A DNA stretch of 64,000 nt from Promethearchaeati archaeon (GCA_026993975.1 JALWRR010000076.1:2016-66015), one strand, 5' to 3'; positions 29,760 through 40,790 are shown, numbered from the stretch's first letter. The notes: generated by a model not told the origin, from the sequence alone. A program made the numbers and translations.

Positions 29760-30618
29760 CCATATCTTTAACACAGACATAAATTACCCGTATCATGTGC
29801 ACTATATAGAAAGTGATACTTCGACTGTATCTATCAACGTTAATGGCATTTTTAGAGGCTATTTTAAACCAACTAGAGGCTCTAGTTACTCGTTTTCTAA
29901 ATATACTTACATGCCATATAGCCTATTAGAGTATATAGTAGTTGGCTCTAGACAAATCTATAGCCGAGCTTTGAGTAAAAGTATTTTCAAAGATACATTG
30001 ATAAAATATATTAGAAATTCTTCTACTGGAAACTTTCTTAGTAGAAATAACGAAACTGGAAATTACTATTGGCATCCAGTTGAACGAACAAACTTTTATT
30101 TCAATCCATTTTACTTTAGGTCTTCATATCTATGGCAAATTACTATAGGTTATATACCATCTAAGGAATTAACTACTGATATTTTTTCTTATGATGCAAT
30201 AGTATCTTTAGTAACCCCAAAAATCATAGACTTAGATACAGCTGAATGGCAAGGAGAGTTAGAAATTCCTGATATTCCACCTTTAGCTTATGAGCCTTAT
30301 AAAGAACAAACAACTGGAATTTTAGTAACAAGAAATGTAGATTATTTTATTGAGGAACTTCAAGATTTAAAAAATGGAGACCTAGTATCTATATCAAATG
30401 GAAAACAAAAGATTGAAGTAACTGTAGAAAATTGTAGTACCTCAGCTACATATCCTGCAGTCACTACTACTGATCGTCCAATTGCTCATGTACCAATAGA
30501 AATAATCAATCCAAATAAAAAGATTGTGTACTCAAAGAGTCTTGCACCAGGTGACCAAAGAGCTGTAGATATAACATTATATGATAATGAAATCCATTTC
30601 TTAGTACAAAGGACTTAA
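29746..30618 (+). CDS. Tail component (290 aa).
   Basis: Position only. Confidence 0.45.
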   Translation: MLNYDHIFNTDINYPYHVHYIESDTSTVSINVNGIFRGYFKPTRGSSYSFSKYTYMPYSLLEYIVVGSRQIYSRALSKSIFKDTLIKYIRNSSTGNFLSRNNETGNYYWHPVERTNFYFNPFYFRSSYLWQITIGYIPSKELTTDIFSYDAIVSLVTPKIIDLDTAEWQGELEIPDIPPLAYEPYKEQTTGILVTRNVDYFIEELQDLKNGDLVSISNGKQKIEVTVENCSTSATYPAVTTTDRPIAHVPIEIINPNKKIVYSKSLAPGDQRAVDITLYDNEIHFLVQRT

Positions 30619-30620
30619 TC

Positions 30621-31010
30621 ATGCCAATGTCTTCATATTTACGGGAAAAGTTAGCTCAGCATACTTTTGCTCAAACTGCCTATACTATGCCCACTAATGT
30701 GTACCTAGCAGCTTTCACTCAGCCACTAAATACTACCTCAGGTATTACTGATGAGGTATCTGGTGGTGGCTATTCTAGAGTTGATATTACTGGCTTACTA
30801 GATGAATCAGATGGGGTTATTACTAATAATGATTTAATAAAATTTAACGTGGCTACAGCTGATTGGGGAGATATATATGCTCTAGCTGTAATGGATTCTA
30901 TAAGTGGTAGTAACATTTTAATCTATTCTAATCTTGATACACCAGTTACTATTAATACTTCCAGTGTTTTAGGGTTCTTTGCTGGAGACTTTGTAACTAC
31001 CTTCAGATAG
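30621..31010 (+). CDS. Tail component (129 aa).
   Basis: Position only. Confidence 0.45.
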   Translation: MPMSSYLREKLAQHTFAQTAYTMPTNVYLAAFTQPLNTTSGITDEVSGGGYSRVDITGLLDESDGVITNNDLIKFNVATADWGDIYALAVMDSISGSNILIYSNLDTPVTINTSSVLGFFAGDFVTTFR

Positions 31011-31020
31011 TGAGTAAAAA

Positions 31021-31791
31021 ATGGCCTCTTATTACTTTGCCTTAGGGTATATTAAGCTTGGATATACTGAATGTGCAAAGTATACTGTCCCTGGCTACAC
31101 TACTCCAGGTTACTATGATAATTGTGACTCATGTATTGCATATACCTCTCCAGGTTATATAGCTCCAGGATACTATGATAGTTGTATTACTTGTGAGGCC
31201 TATACAACTCCAGGCTATGTAGTCACAGGTTATTATGATAGCTGTGGAGCCTGTATAACTTATACAAGCCCTGGGTATATAACCCCAGGATACTACGATA
31301 GTTGTGAAACTCAAGGTTTAACTAAGTATACTAGGTTTAACGCTGACTTAAAAGTCACTGAGACTATTAATGCTAGTACTCTACCCGGTTTTTACGCCGA
31401 AAATACAGCTGAAATTACCAAGCTTATTACTAGAGCTATCAGGCCTACAGTCTTCAATACTGAAGTAACTGCTACTACTGATTTAGAGCTGCAAGGCTTA
31501 AAATTTGTTACTATTAGTGAACAAGCTATAGTAGAGACTGATTTTTCTCCATCATATTATAGAACTGATATAAAATTTATTGAAACTCTAGAGGCTACTA
31601 CAAATTGGAAGCCTAGTAACTTATCTACAGATAATCTAGTAAATATAGTTAATGAACTAAAACAATGCTGTCTTAATCTATCTAGTAGAGTAGAAGCTAT
31701 TGAAAAAGACTACTTAATTGCAAAAGATATAGAACCATTATTCTCAGAACGGGAGGTACACTACGATGTACAGTGGCCAGGAAATAGTTAG
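31021..31791 (+). CDS. Fibre-like protein (256 aa) with four tandem 20-aa PGY-x-x-PGYYDSC-x-x-C repeats.
   Basis: Three full and one partial copy of the repeat, each with a C-x-x-C pair, encoded at about 31090-31314. Confidence 0.55.
   Translation: MASYYFALGYIKLGYTECAKYTVPGYTTPGYYDNCDSCIAYTSPGYIAPGYYDSCITCEAYTTPGYVVTGYYDSCGACITYTSPGYITPGYYDSCETQGLTKYTRFNADLKVTETINASTLPGFYAENTAEITKLITRAIRPTVFNTEVTATTDLELQGLKFVTISEQAIVETDFSPSYYRTDIKFIETLEATTNWKPSNLSTDNLVNIVNELKQCCLNLSSRVEAIEKDYLIAKDIEPLFSEREVHYDVQWPGNS
31090..31314 (+). repeat. In-frame tandem repeat: 3.75 units of 60 bp, conserved at protein level but with synonymous DNA differences.
   Basis: Units PGYTTPGYYDNCDSCIAYTS, PGYIAPGYYDSCITCEAYTT, PGYVVTGYYDSCGACITYTS, PGYITPGYYDSCETQ. 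Confidence 0.8.
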
Positions 31792-34219
31792 TCAAGAGCA
31801 ATGTAAAATAATCTATGCTGAGTTCTTTGAAGGCGTAGAGTGCTATAATGCTTCCAAAAGGATTCTTAGACTAAATCTAAAAGATTGGATTGAGTATACC
31901 TATGACGCTGCAACTAATACCTTAACTACTAAGTATTTTATAATTAGACCAGTTATATTTAGTGGTAGATTGGATAGATATATAGATGTTATTATTCCAG
32001 AAAATATAACCGGTCTTGAGATAACTATGACAGCTGATATCTATTCTAAAAAAAGAATAATGCCACTAGATTATATACCTTTCTGTAAAGACTATTCTCC
32101 TTATACATGTAATGAACTACTATGTAGTTTTATATACGCTTTATGCAGTAATCCTGGTAATTTAACTATTCAATTAACTCTAGATGCTGAGCCAGAAATA
32201 CTAGGTACAAAATTATATATCTCTTCTAAGTCTAATAATACTGAGCCTATATCTATAACATTTTTTAATGGAACTAACGAAGAAGTTGCCTTATCTACAC
32301 CAGTAGTTACCACTGAAACAGTTCAAGAAGAATATTTTGAGTATGTGCAATCTTCAGATACTGTAGAACGTAAAACTAGAAATATATCTGTATTACAATT
32401 GCAGTTTAATGGCCTGAGTGTTCAAGATTATAGAATTACTGGAAGCTGTACTGCTGGAGCTCCTATAAGATCATGTTATGCGGACTGTTTAATAGACCCA
32501 GCTGGACTAGAAACTATTTGTTTTAATAGCCCAAATGAACTTAGACTTACTAGTGCAGTTTCAAATATTATTAATAATGGTGATGGCACATATACCTTAG
32601 GTACTAGTAAGTTTTCTTTTGACAGAGACATCAGCTTAATTAGGCAAGAAACTAGTGGTTCAAAAACTTTATACTATTTTCCTGTTGCTCTAAAGTTACA
32701 GTTATTAGAACCCTATGAAGCCATATTTGATATTCATGCGTGTTCTGATTATTTTGATCCTGGTGAAGGAGGCGGGGGTTCTATTATTACCATTGACTAT
32801 ACATACGCTTATGTAGAAATAGAGCAAGATTTAAACAACTTATCTGATATCAAGTATAAACTAGTAATCATAAGTACCAGAAAAATAGAGAATTTACTTG
32901 ATAATCACGAATTTTATTTTATATCTAAAACTAATGGAGAACTATATAGACTATGGTTCACTCCTTCTCAATTTACTTCAGTAGGTTCTAGTTCATTCTA
33001 TACCCATACTACTTATATATCTTGTGAAACTAGTGAAGTTGTATACTCAGTTCACAAGGAACTTAATCCTACAGACTATGACTATTATGATACTTACTTA
33101 GCTAGAGCTCAGTTAATCGGATTGCCTTATTATGTATTTGGATTTAAGTGGGATAATAATGCCTGTGATTATACTACAGATCTTGATGTTTTAAATGACC
33201 TAGTTCCAGACTGTGCGCACTGGGAAAAAGACGATACCTACACGTATCTAGTATTAGATACTGGTGATAATCAAATTTGTACTTGTAGAGGTATAATGAA
33301 TTTGCCCCAGTATACAAATGCTTGTGAACAAGATAACTTGATATTACCATTTGGGCAGTACCCATCTTTAGGCTTAGTATCTAATCAATATGGCATGTAT
33401 GTTGAACCTATAGTTGCTACTTCTGAATTTCTCTATGTATCTGGTGCTGATGTTTACATGGCTATAAAAGTTGTAGGTTTTGAGAACCATTATTATTACA
33501 TACAGGGTTTTAATATAGATTCTATATGTCAAACAATAGCAATAGTTGCATTAGATGGTACTCAATATACTATTTCACCAATGGCTATGGTATTGCTTGA
33601 TAGTTTTGGAATACCACCAGAGTATATAAAAAATGGTACACTAGATCAATCTATATTTAGCAGTGATCTTGCCTATGAGATAAATGGAGAAAAAGCTTTT
33701 AATGGTACAGTGTATGAAGCTCAAGGTTTTGACTTTAAAATTCCTTTTACTCAGTTTAATCTACTAGTTTTTGATACTAGTGGAATAACCTATGACTGGA
33801 GTAAATTTAACGACTGTAAGTGGGTAAGAGCAGTTCAGTGGGCTGATGGGGGTTTAAAACCTTATAGCTTAAAGAATAATGATATATCTAAGTCTGATGA
33901 GTTAATGAAGTTTGGCTATGAATATTGTAAAGCTACTGTTCGTTTAAATATTTATAACTCAAATATTAGATTTATAGCGTCTAGTGTACCATTAGAAGAT
34001 TATATTATACCACCTTCATTTAATGACAAGTATAGTGCATTTGTTGATAAGCTAAGACTTAGTATAGCTAAAGAAGATGCTACTTCAGCTCAAGTATATA
34101 ATAAAGGAGCAATGACATATGGAAAAATTTTAAAAAGTACCTTTAAACAAATTAGATTAGACCACTCGTTTCAGACTGCCAATGACAATGAGACTGCCAC
34201 AAATTGGCCACTACTTTAA
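31766..34219 (+). CDS. Tail fibre/receptor-binding candidate (817 aa).
   Basis: Large late ORF in the tail-tip region. Cys-rich middle section. Confidence 0.5.
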   Translation: MYSGQEIVSQEQCKIIYAEFFEGVECYNASKRILRLNLKDWIEYTYDAATNTLTTKYFIIRPVIFSGRLDRYIDVIIPENITGLEITMTADIYSKKRIMPLDYIPFCKDYSPYTCNELLCSFIYALCSNPGNLTIQLTLDAEPEILGTKLYISSKSNNTEPISITFFNGTNEEVALSTPVVTTETVQEEYFEYVQSSDTVERKTRNISVLQLQFNGLSVQDYRITGSCTAGAPIRSCYADCLIDPAGLETICFNSPNELRLTSAVSNIINNGDGTYTLGTSKFSFDRDISLIRQETSGSKTLYYFPVALKLQLLEPYEAIFDIHACSDYFDPGEGGGGSIITIDYTYAYVEIEQDLNNLSDIKYKLVIISTRKIENLLDNHEFYFISKTNGELYRLWFTPSQFTSVGSSSFYTHTTYISCETSEVVYSVHKELNPTDYDYYDTYLARAQLIGLPYYVFGFKWDNNACDYTTDLDVLNDLVPDCAHWEKDDTYTYLVLDTGDNQICTCRGIMNLPQYTNACEQDNLILPFGQYPSLGLVSNQYGMYVEPIVATSEFLYVSGADVYMAIKVVGFENHYYYIQGFNIDSICQTIAIVALDGTQYTISPMAMVLLDSFGIPPEYIKNGTLDQSIFSSDLAYEINGEKAFNGTVYEAQGFDFKIPFTQFNLLVFDTSGITYDWSKFNDCKWVRAVQWADGGLKPYSLKNNDISKSDELMKFGYEYCKATVRLNIYNSNIRFIASSVPLEDYIIPPSFNDKYSAFVDKLRLSIAKEDATSAQVYNKGAMTYGKILKSTFKQIRLDHSFQTANDNETATNWPLL

Positions 34220-34243
34220 TATATCAAAATTAAGGAGTATGAA

Positions 34244-37177
34244 ATGGCATTAGTGTTACGAAATGTAAAAGGCTCAGAGTTAACTTTTGATGAAATGGAT
34301 GGTAACTTAGTCTATCTTGATGGAAAAAGGCTAATTAAGGATAGAGCACCTACAGCTACAGACGATACTACTACTGGTATTTTTGTTAGATCTTGGTGGG
34401 AAGATACTACTACTGGAACTATGTATGTTTGTACTGATAATACAGAAGGAGCAGCCGTTTGGGAAGTACTTCAGTTTGGTGAAGCAAATGAATTAGCTTA
34501 TGATGAACTTTTAGACTGCTACTACTTAAAACGTAGTCCTAATTCTAAAGTAGAGAATGGGATAGTATTAGCAAAAGACTCAACTTTAGAAACACTAGGA
34601 TCATCAACTAGAACTGAAGTAGGTCTAATGAATCAAGCTGATCCTACTACGGTAAAAAACTTCGATTTGATTGGTACAGTGCAGTATAACAAGACTTCTG
34701 AAGCCTATGTTACAGGTAATAAGGCTTATTTTGCTACTAAGCCAGCAGCAAAAGATGTATATATAGATAGTTTTGATGACAAAGCCGCTACTATAGATTA
34801 TGTAGTGCTAAATTCAGACGGTACAGTCAAGCGTCAACAAACAGTAAGTTTCGCTGCCCGTAGTGATATATTTTCAGTGAGACCTTGGGAAGAAAATGTA
34901 TTATCCGTAGTAGGTACTACCGTGGCAATATATCCACTAAGTGCTTCTGGAATTATTTCTAGTGATATAGTTCTTATTCAAAACTATGATTCTGATACAC
35001 CGTCTACTACAACTATTACTGATGTAATTACACCTGATGAAATAATCTCAGTTACTCCGTATAGCTCTGGCTTTAGAATATTATACGTAAATAGCTCAAC
35101 TCATAATCTTGTAGTTAGAACTCATAACATTACTGATAATACGTATATTGAAAACGAAGTTTCAAAGGGTCAACTAGGTAATTACGTTATTAATACTAAT
35201 AAATATAGTAATACTATTATAGGAGACTTAGTTCATTATGCTGATAACTCTATATTTGATACCAATAGTGGTTATGCCTTTTATACTGATCTTTCATTGC
35301 AAGTTCTTCCAAGATTTCATGCAGTAGCTTGTGATAGTAACGGTAATCTTTCTTATGATTATACTAAAGGAGATACTTTATTTATACTTAAACAAGACTA
35401 TGAAATATTTTCCATAGTTAGCTTGCAACAAAATAGCCAACATGCTTCAGTTTTAGAGGTAGTAGAAGAAAAAGTCGTAGGCAGGTACGACTATGAAACA
35501 ACAAATGCTGACTGGATTGAATCCGTTAACTTCAGAATCATTGACACACAACTTATAGTTCAAATAGTCTGGTACGATAGCACTAATACCGCTTTTGTAG
35601 ATACGTATTATTGTTCAGTTAATATGCGCCAAAAAACTCCTGTAGTTCATGTAACAAACAGACCTCAAGTATTTAAAGGTGGAAATATAGAAGTAACATC
35701 AGATGATTGTGGGATTCGAGTTGCTAGTGATATACTCTATAAAGTTACTCCTTTTGGGACTTCAAAAATAACTGACTCTACTTATGCAGATAATCTCGGC
35801 TTACCCTCAGATACTAGTAATAAAGGAGAGTTAATCCTTGGAGAACACGGAGGTAAACTTGTATTTTTAGACGAAAACTTAAATGTTGTTGTAACTTTAC
35901 CATATAGTATAGATATGTCAGCTATTATTGGCTCTGGTTTAGGAAGCACTTTGCCTAAAATAGTAGTATATCATAAATCCCAGTTTAAACTTTTAACTCT
36001 TGCCCAATCTTATGAAAGTTCTACTTTTATACTATCTTCTACTTTTTCTCTAAATCTCTACCTTAGAGAAGTATTAACTGAGTTATTTAACTTTGGTACT
36101 ACTACTGGCTTATACACTTCTAGTATAGATGAACAGCTTACAAATATATCAGAAACTGCTAATGACTTAATATTTGTGCCTTCTATAGCCTATGCTAAGA
36201 ATAGTCCAAAATTATCTAGACTACAAATAATAGATACAAGCACTAGTTCAAATTACTCTGAACCATTAACTGAAGCAAGCTTAGCTAGTATAAATAGAAT
36301 AGATACCATTATGCCAACGGCAATGAGCCTTAAAGCTGAAAACTTAGCTCCAGGAAATTCTGATGCTTTAGTTTATAGTAGATGTGGAATTACTGATCCA
36401 AATGGTTCTAGAATCCTTGATTTAGACTATTCACTGCAATTAGGCTTTGATGTTTTTGATGGCAAGCACATAAGTGTATCAGGATATATTGAAGATAGTT
36501 CATTTGTACTAGGAGGCACAGATAAACTGAACAGAGGTTTAGAATTTAAACCAATTGATAACGCACCAGCATTCTCTGGTACAGAACTACCACCTTTTCA
36601 ACTAGGAGATATATTTCCATTAAATACGGATAGCGATGCATATATGGATGCATTTAGAAACTATTTTACAATTCTTGCTTTTAAAACCTCATCTAGGACA
36701 CTAGGACTACTACAGTTTACTCTTTCAGATGGAAGTGCTCCAAGTGAAACTTCTATCTTTTCTAGTCTCACTGCGCAAAATTTCCAAAGCTTTCAGTACC
36801 AAAGTACTCTTTTTAGTGCTGGCTTTAACAGACTGTATAATATATTCTTGTCCTGGATTAAAATTGGAGAAATTAGCTTAGCTCAATATACCACAGCTAA
36901 TTCTGTGTATATTTTTCCTGAGTTTAAAGTATTGAATTCTCATGGTCTTTTAGGCTATCATAAAACTTATAGTATGTCTATAAATGTATGTGGTATTGCT
37001 TTAGGAGACACATTAAGTAATAGGGTACTTCTAAACCACCCTGCAACAGGTAATGCGGGGAATGCACCTGGGGACTTTTCATATGGTACAGTAACAATAA
37101 ATAGTTCTGCTATCCCAACTTACTTGTCTTCTGGTGGAGATGATAGTGAATATAGTGGAGGTGGTGGTCCCTCCTAA
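34244..37177 (+). CDS. Tail fibre/receptor-binding candidate (977 aa), Gly-rich C-terminus.
   Basis: Last gene of the rightward module. AAGGAG RBS. Confidence 0.5.
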   Translation: MALVLRNVKGSELTFDEMDGNLVYLDGKRLIKDRAPTATDDTTTGIFVRSWWEDTTTGTMYVCTDNTEGAAVWEVLQFGEANELAYDELLDCYYLKRSPNSKVENGIVLAKDSTLETLGSSTRTEVGLMNQADPTTVKNFDLIGTVQYNKTSEAYVTGNKAYFATKPAAKDVYIDSFDDKAATIDYVVLNSDGTVKRQQTVSFAARSDIFSVRPWEENVLSVVGTTVAIYPLSASGIISSDIVLIQNYDSDTPSTTTITDVITPDEIISVTPYSSGFRILYVNSSTHNLVVRTHNITDNTYIENEVSKGQLGNYVINTNKYSNTIIGDLVHYADNSIFDTNSGYAFYTDLSLQVLPRFHAVACDSNGNLSYDYTKGDTLFILKQDYEIFSIVSLQQNSQHASVLEVVEEKVVGRYDYETTNADWIESVNFRIIDTQLIVQIVWYDSTNTAFVDTYYCSVNMRQKTPVVHVTNRPQVFKGGNIEVTSDDCGIRVASDILYKVTPFGTSKITDSTYADNLGLPSDTSNKGELILGEHGGKLVFLDENLNVVVTLPYSIDMSAIIGSGLGSTLPKIVVYHKSQFKLLTLAQSYESSTFILSSTFSLNLYLREVLTELFNFGTTTGLYTSSIDEQLTNISETANDLIFVPSIAYAKNSPKLSRLQIIDTSTSSNYSEPLTEASLASINRIDTIMPTAMSLKAENLAPGNSDALVYSRCGITDPNGSRILDLDYSLQLGFDVFDGKHISVSGYIEDSSFVLGGTDKLNRGLEFKPIDNAPAFSGTELPPFQLGDIFPLNTDSDAYMDAFRNYFTILAFKTSSRTLGLLQFTLSDGSAPSETSIFSSLTAQNFQSFQYQSTLFSAGFNRLYNIFLSWIKIGEISLAQYTTANSVYIFPEFKVLNSHGLLGYHKTYSMSINVCGIALGDTLSNRVLLNHPATGNAGNAPGDFSYGTVTINSSAIPTYLSSGGDDSEYSGGGGPS

Positions 37178-38986
37178 CTATATATCACCATGAGTGATAT
37201 ATACCAATTGAATATCCTGCCGCTGCAGGATGTCCAATAATCTTTTTTCTTTCTCTGCATCAAAACTTGCTGCAATCTCATCAAGAAGCATAGTGTTAAA
37301 TTTCCCAATTCTAGAAATTTTAGCAATAGCTAATCTCAATGCAAAGTTAATAGCATCTTGTTCACTACCACTGTAGTAATCATACCCAGCAATGCTGTAG
37401 TCATTGTTAATCTCAATTTCCTCATACTTTTCATCAGTGAGATATGCTACTATCCCAGATACAGTTTTCTGAAGAAGAGGTATAACATTAGACCCAAAAT
37501 TCTTACGGTAAGTGTCTATAAATTTTACAAACTCTTTCAATGTATCTCGTTGATCTTTATATTTCTCTACTAGTGGTAAATACTCATCAAGTACAGCCTT
37601 TGCCTTTTCTTGTTCCTGAACAATATGCCTTGCAGACTCTAATGCGCCTTTAGTTACCTCAAGCTGCTGTTTTATCTTTGATAGATCTATTTTTTCAGGC
37701 TCTTCTACTACAGGAATTTCAGCAAGTCTATTTTGCTCTACTGCATAAGAGAGATCAACTGTCTTTACTGGCTCTATATCTTCAAGTTCTTTTAGTCTAA
37801 GATAGTCATCTTTATGAAGAATAGATTGCATAGCAATTTCATAATTAGGATCCCATTCTAAAGAACGCATTTCTTCTTTTATTTTCCACAGTCTAGTAGC
37901 CTCCTCTTTTTCAGAAACTTGTAACTTGTCCATCTCAGCTTTAATATCTTCAGCTGATCTTTCTAGTTTCTCCGGCCAAGGCTGTCCACAAGTAGGACAA
38001 GTCTCTGGAGTGTTCACAGCAAGTTTATAAAGTTTCAAAAGTTCGGCATATTCCTCTTGAATACTTTCTATATCATATTTCTTTGGCTCAACTGTAGCTT
38101 TATCTAGTTCTTCTTTTAATTTTTTAGACCTTTCGTCATTTTGTTTGTGAATCATATATTGCGATATATCGTCATTGAAATATTTTTCGAGTATTGTTAT
38201 ATTAGCTAATTTTTTCTCTAATTTAACTTTTTCCTCGTAAAGACGATTGATTTCATTTTGGCGTGAAACTTCGTCAATGTCATAGACAACGCCATTGAAC
38301 TTTTGTCGCTCTAGCCATTGCTTATACTTTTCTTTATACTCACCATATGCTACAGACTGTTCATGATATTCTTTTTCTAGGTCCTCTACAGCTTGTTCAA
38401 AATGCTCTAAACGTTTCAATTGTTCTTGATAAAACTTCTCATCATATTCATTAGACTCTACAGCACTAACAGCTGTCTCATATGTCATAGACACTGCTCT
38501 AAGTTTATCTCTAGCAGTTTGCTTAATATCATCAAGCTTGTCTATTCTAAGAAGCTTTTCAACTCTCTTAGTTCTTTCAAGAGGACCTAGTGCAGCGAAA
38601 GAACCAATCTCTTTTTGAGCTATATAAAAGCTAGTTCTATAGAGTTCAGGAGTTAGCCCATAAGTAGTCTCAACCCATTCTGTAATTCCAGTGTTATTTC
38701 TAGCAACTACCTCATCATTCTTCTCTACTATTGCTAGGTTGTTAGCTCTCGTAATTTTATAATCATCGATATATAACTCTACAGAGCCATTTTCTTCTCC
38801 ATGCTTAATCCAACTGCCAGCTTTACCACGCTGCATAGAAGATCCAAATAATGCAAAAGCAATAGCTTCAACGATAGTTGTCTTGCCAATGCCATTAGCA
38901 CCCTTAATAACATTAAGCTTAGGATCAAACTCAATTTCTTTATGGTCATAGACTCTGTAGTTGTTAAGTACAAGTTTCTTAATCAT
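37178..38986 (-). CDS. sbcC: Rad50/SbcC-like recombination ATPase (T4 gp46-like).
   Basis: Walker A GANGIGKTT, long coiled coil with a CPTCGQPW zinc hook, C-terminal LLDEIAASFD. Confidence 0.85.
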   Translation of the reverse strand: MIKKLVLNNYRVYDHKEIEFDPKLNVIKGANGIGKTTIVEAIAFALFGSSMQRGKAGSWIKHGEENGSVELYIDDYKITRANNLAIVEKNDEVVARNNTGITEWVETTYGLTPELYRTSFYIAQKEIGSFAALGPLERTKRVEKLLRIDKLDDIKQTARDKLRAVSMTYETAVSAVESNEYDEKFYQEQLKRLEHFEQAVEDLEKEYHEQSVAYGEYKEKYKQWLERQKFNGVVYDIDEVSRQNEINRLYEEKVKLEKKLANITILEKYFNDDISQYMIHKQNDERSKKLKEELDKATVEPKKYDIESIQEEYAELLKLYKLAVNTPETCPTCGQPWPEKLERSAEDIKAEMDKLQVSEKEEATRLWKIKEEMRSLEWDPNYEIAMQSILHKDDYLRLKELEDIEPVKTVDLSYAVEQNRLAEIPVVEEPEKIDLSKIKQQLEVTKGALESARHIVQEQEKAKAVLDEYLPLVEKYKDQRDTLKEFVKFIDTYRKNFGSNVIPLLQKTVSGIVAYLTDEKYEEIEINNDYSIAGYDYYSGSEQDAINFALRLAIAKISRIGKFNTMLLDEIAASFDAEKEKRLLDILQRQDIQLVYITHGDI

Positions 38987-39824
38987 TTAAAAGCTCCTTA
39001 GTAAAACCTCTTTTCTCAGCCTCTTGCCAAAAGTCTTCCAAGATATCAATAGTAAGGTCTTTCTCTTCCATTACAATATCTTCTACTGTAATTTCCTTCT
39101 TAGGTCTAATTGCATAAACCTTACTAGGATCTATTACTTCTGGCTCTTCTCTAAGAATTTCAATATATGGGTATGAAATTTCTCTAAGTTCTCTATCAAC
39201 CATAACATAGCGAGGGCCAAGTTCGCTAATAGTATGAGGAACAACTGAACCAAGAAAAATGAAATTACTGCTAACCATAGAAGTATGTTCATGCCCAGAT
39301 ACGATAATAGTTCCTTTATCTTTTGCCATAGCCAGATGCTCGTCTGTGATAACATTGTCATTTTCATTCCCCCAATTGTTTCTGCTAGCATGAACATAAA
39401 GATACTTAGGATCTGAATCTAAGGCTAACTTTACAGACGCATCAAACTTTTCTTGAGTATCATGCCAGCCTATAAAAATATCGTCATTTACAATGTCTAT
39501 TTCATTAGGCTTAGTAACATTGAACAATTCTCCTAACTCTGCAAATGCTATAGGTTTTTTGACCATGGCTATATCATGATTTCCTGAAAGAATATACACT
39601 TCTGGCACTTTAACTACAGTGGTAACAAACTCTGCAAATTCAAGTGCTGATGGCTTATCAGTATCAAATACATCACCTAATAGAACTAGCTTTTCTGGAG
39701 TATGCTCTATAAGAAGCTGATTTAAAATAATTAAAGAAGCCTCGTCCCACAATTTAGGATCGCCATAAGTGACTTTATGTTTCTTACCGATATGCAAATC
39801 ACCAATTACTAATGTGGAGCTCAT
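38979..39824 (-). CDS. sbcD: Mre11/SbcD-like nuclease (T4 gp47-like).
   Basis: Calcineurin-like phosphoesterase motifs GDLHIG, LLGDVFD, GNHD, GHEH. Confidence 0.85.
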   Translation of the reverse strand: MSSTLVIGDLHIGKKHKVTYGDPKLWDEASLIILNQLLIEHTPEKLVLLGDVFDTDKPSALEFAEFVTTVVKVPEVYILSGNHDIAMVKKPIAFAELGELFNVTKPNEIDIVNDDIFIGWHDTQEKFDASVKLALDSDPKYLYVHASRNNWGNENDNVITDEHLAMAKDKGTIIVSGHEHTSMVSSNFIFLGSVVPHTISELGPRYVMVDRELREISYPYIEILREEPEVIDPSKVYAIRPKKEITVEDIVMEEKDLTIDILEDFWQEAEKRGFTKELLND

Positions 39825-40014
39825 CAGCTTCCTCCTTTGTCATTTTCAATATCTCAAGAATATTAGTCATAGGATAGTAAGCAAGAATACCACTGCTAAG
39901 TTTTCCAGCAACCCAAGTTCCATCAAAAGCTACAATTCTCATAGCAATTTTTGCGTGATCAGTAAGAGTAATATGTACTCCAGTTCCAGGTTTAATTTCA
40001 ACGATAGAATTCAT
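39799..40014 (-). CDS. Hypothetical protein (71 aa).
   Basis: ORF. Confidence 0.4.
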   Translation of the reverse strand: MNSIVEIKPGTGVHITLTDHAKIAMRIVAFDGTWVAGKLSSGILAYYPMTNILEILKMTKEEADELHISNW

Positions 40015-40414
40015 AGTCTACCTCCCTTTCAAATACTTCAATTTCATCCCAATTAATGGATGCTTTTTTACCTTTAAATTTTTCATCAATAAAGTTAAAT
40101 GGAACAAAGTAAAACTTATTCCATGGAATCTGATGAATAATAAATACCTCTTTGGCACCAGCTGCTCGCCAATACCGTCCAAAACCAACTTGTTTTTTAC
40201 TAATGTTTTTTAGTGGAAATCTAGCTATATCATTTGTAGACTTGATCTCTACAAGCCAAACTTGTCCTTTATGTACTAGCATTCTATCTGCAGGTTGGGC
40301 CTGTACAAAATTCCTAGCAGCATAGGTGTCAGTAAACTTATACCAGACTATACCAAGCTTATTTTTGTACATATCATCAAAGATAGCTTCAGTTTTCTTA
40401 CCACTGTTTCTCAT
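39998..40414 (-). CDS. PD-(D/E)XK-type nuclease candidate (139 aa).
   Basis: D...VWLVEIKS motif. Start moved to MRNSGKK, which has a GAGGAG RBS; the 5' 50 codons of the longer ORF are low-complexity. Confidence 0.4.
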   Translation of the reverse strand: MRNSGKKTEAIFDDMYKNKLGIVWYKFTDTYAARNFVQAQPADRMLVHKGQVWLVEIKSTNDIARFPLKNISKKQVGFGRYWRAAGAKEVFIIHQIPWNKFYFVPFNFIDEKFKGKKASINWDEIEVFEREVDYEFYR

Positions 40415-40790
40415 AAACAATCTCCTCATAATCTTCATATGGAACTGAAACCATCTTTCTATAGTAAGAAGGTACAGTGAAAGTTGGCCCGTCAACTTCA
40501 AAGTAAGTCTTATGGATAATAAGTCTATCTGGTGGATAAGTGTAAAGAAACTTAGGTCCACCAAGATTTACTTGACAATCATCTGTGGGGGCTCCTACAT
40601 ATATAGCTTCAGGTAAATCAATAAAAGACTTTGGTAAGGAAGCAAAGGTCCTAAAGCCACAGGCACAAATTTTATTTTTTACAAAAAATCTAAGCCAATT
40701 CTTATCAGACTTAGGACCCCAAGCAACACTGCCATTTCTATCTGCATAAGCCCAATTGCTGCTTACTAACAGCACGCCAATACAAGCCAT
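40398..40790 (-). CDS. Secreted/periplasmic protein (130 aa) with N-terminal signal peptide.
   Basis: MACIGVLLVSSNWAYA signal-like N-terminus with an AGGAG RBS. Confidence 0.4.
   Translation of the reverse strand: MACIGVLLVSSNWAYADRNGSVAWGPKSDKNWLRFFVKNKICACGFRTFASLPKSFIDLPEAIYVGAPTDDCQVNLGGPKFLYTYPPDRLIIHKTYFEVDGPTFTVPSYYRKMVSVPYEDYEEIVYEKQW

Noticed and set aside
37180-37204. Inverted repeat ATATATCAC-CATGA-GTGATATAT at the junction of the convergent rightward and leftward modules. I considered a bidirectional terminator.
   Set aside because: It lies inside the last codons of the Rad50-like gene (ITHGDI*), and no T-tract follows on either strand. It may simply be coding sequence.
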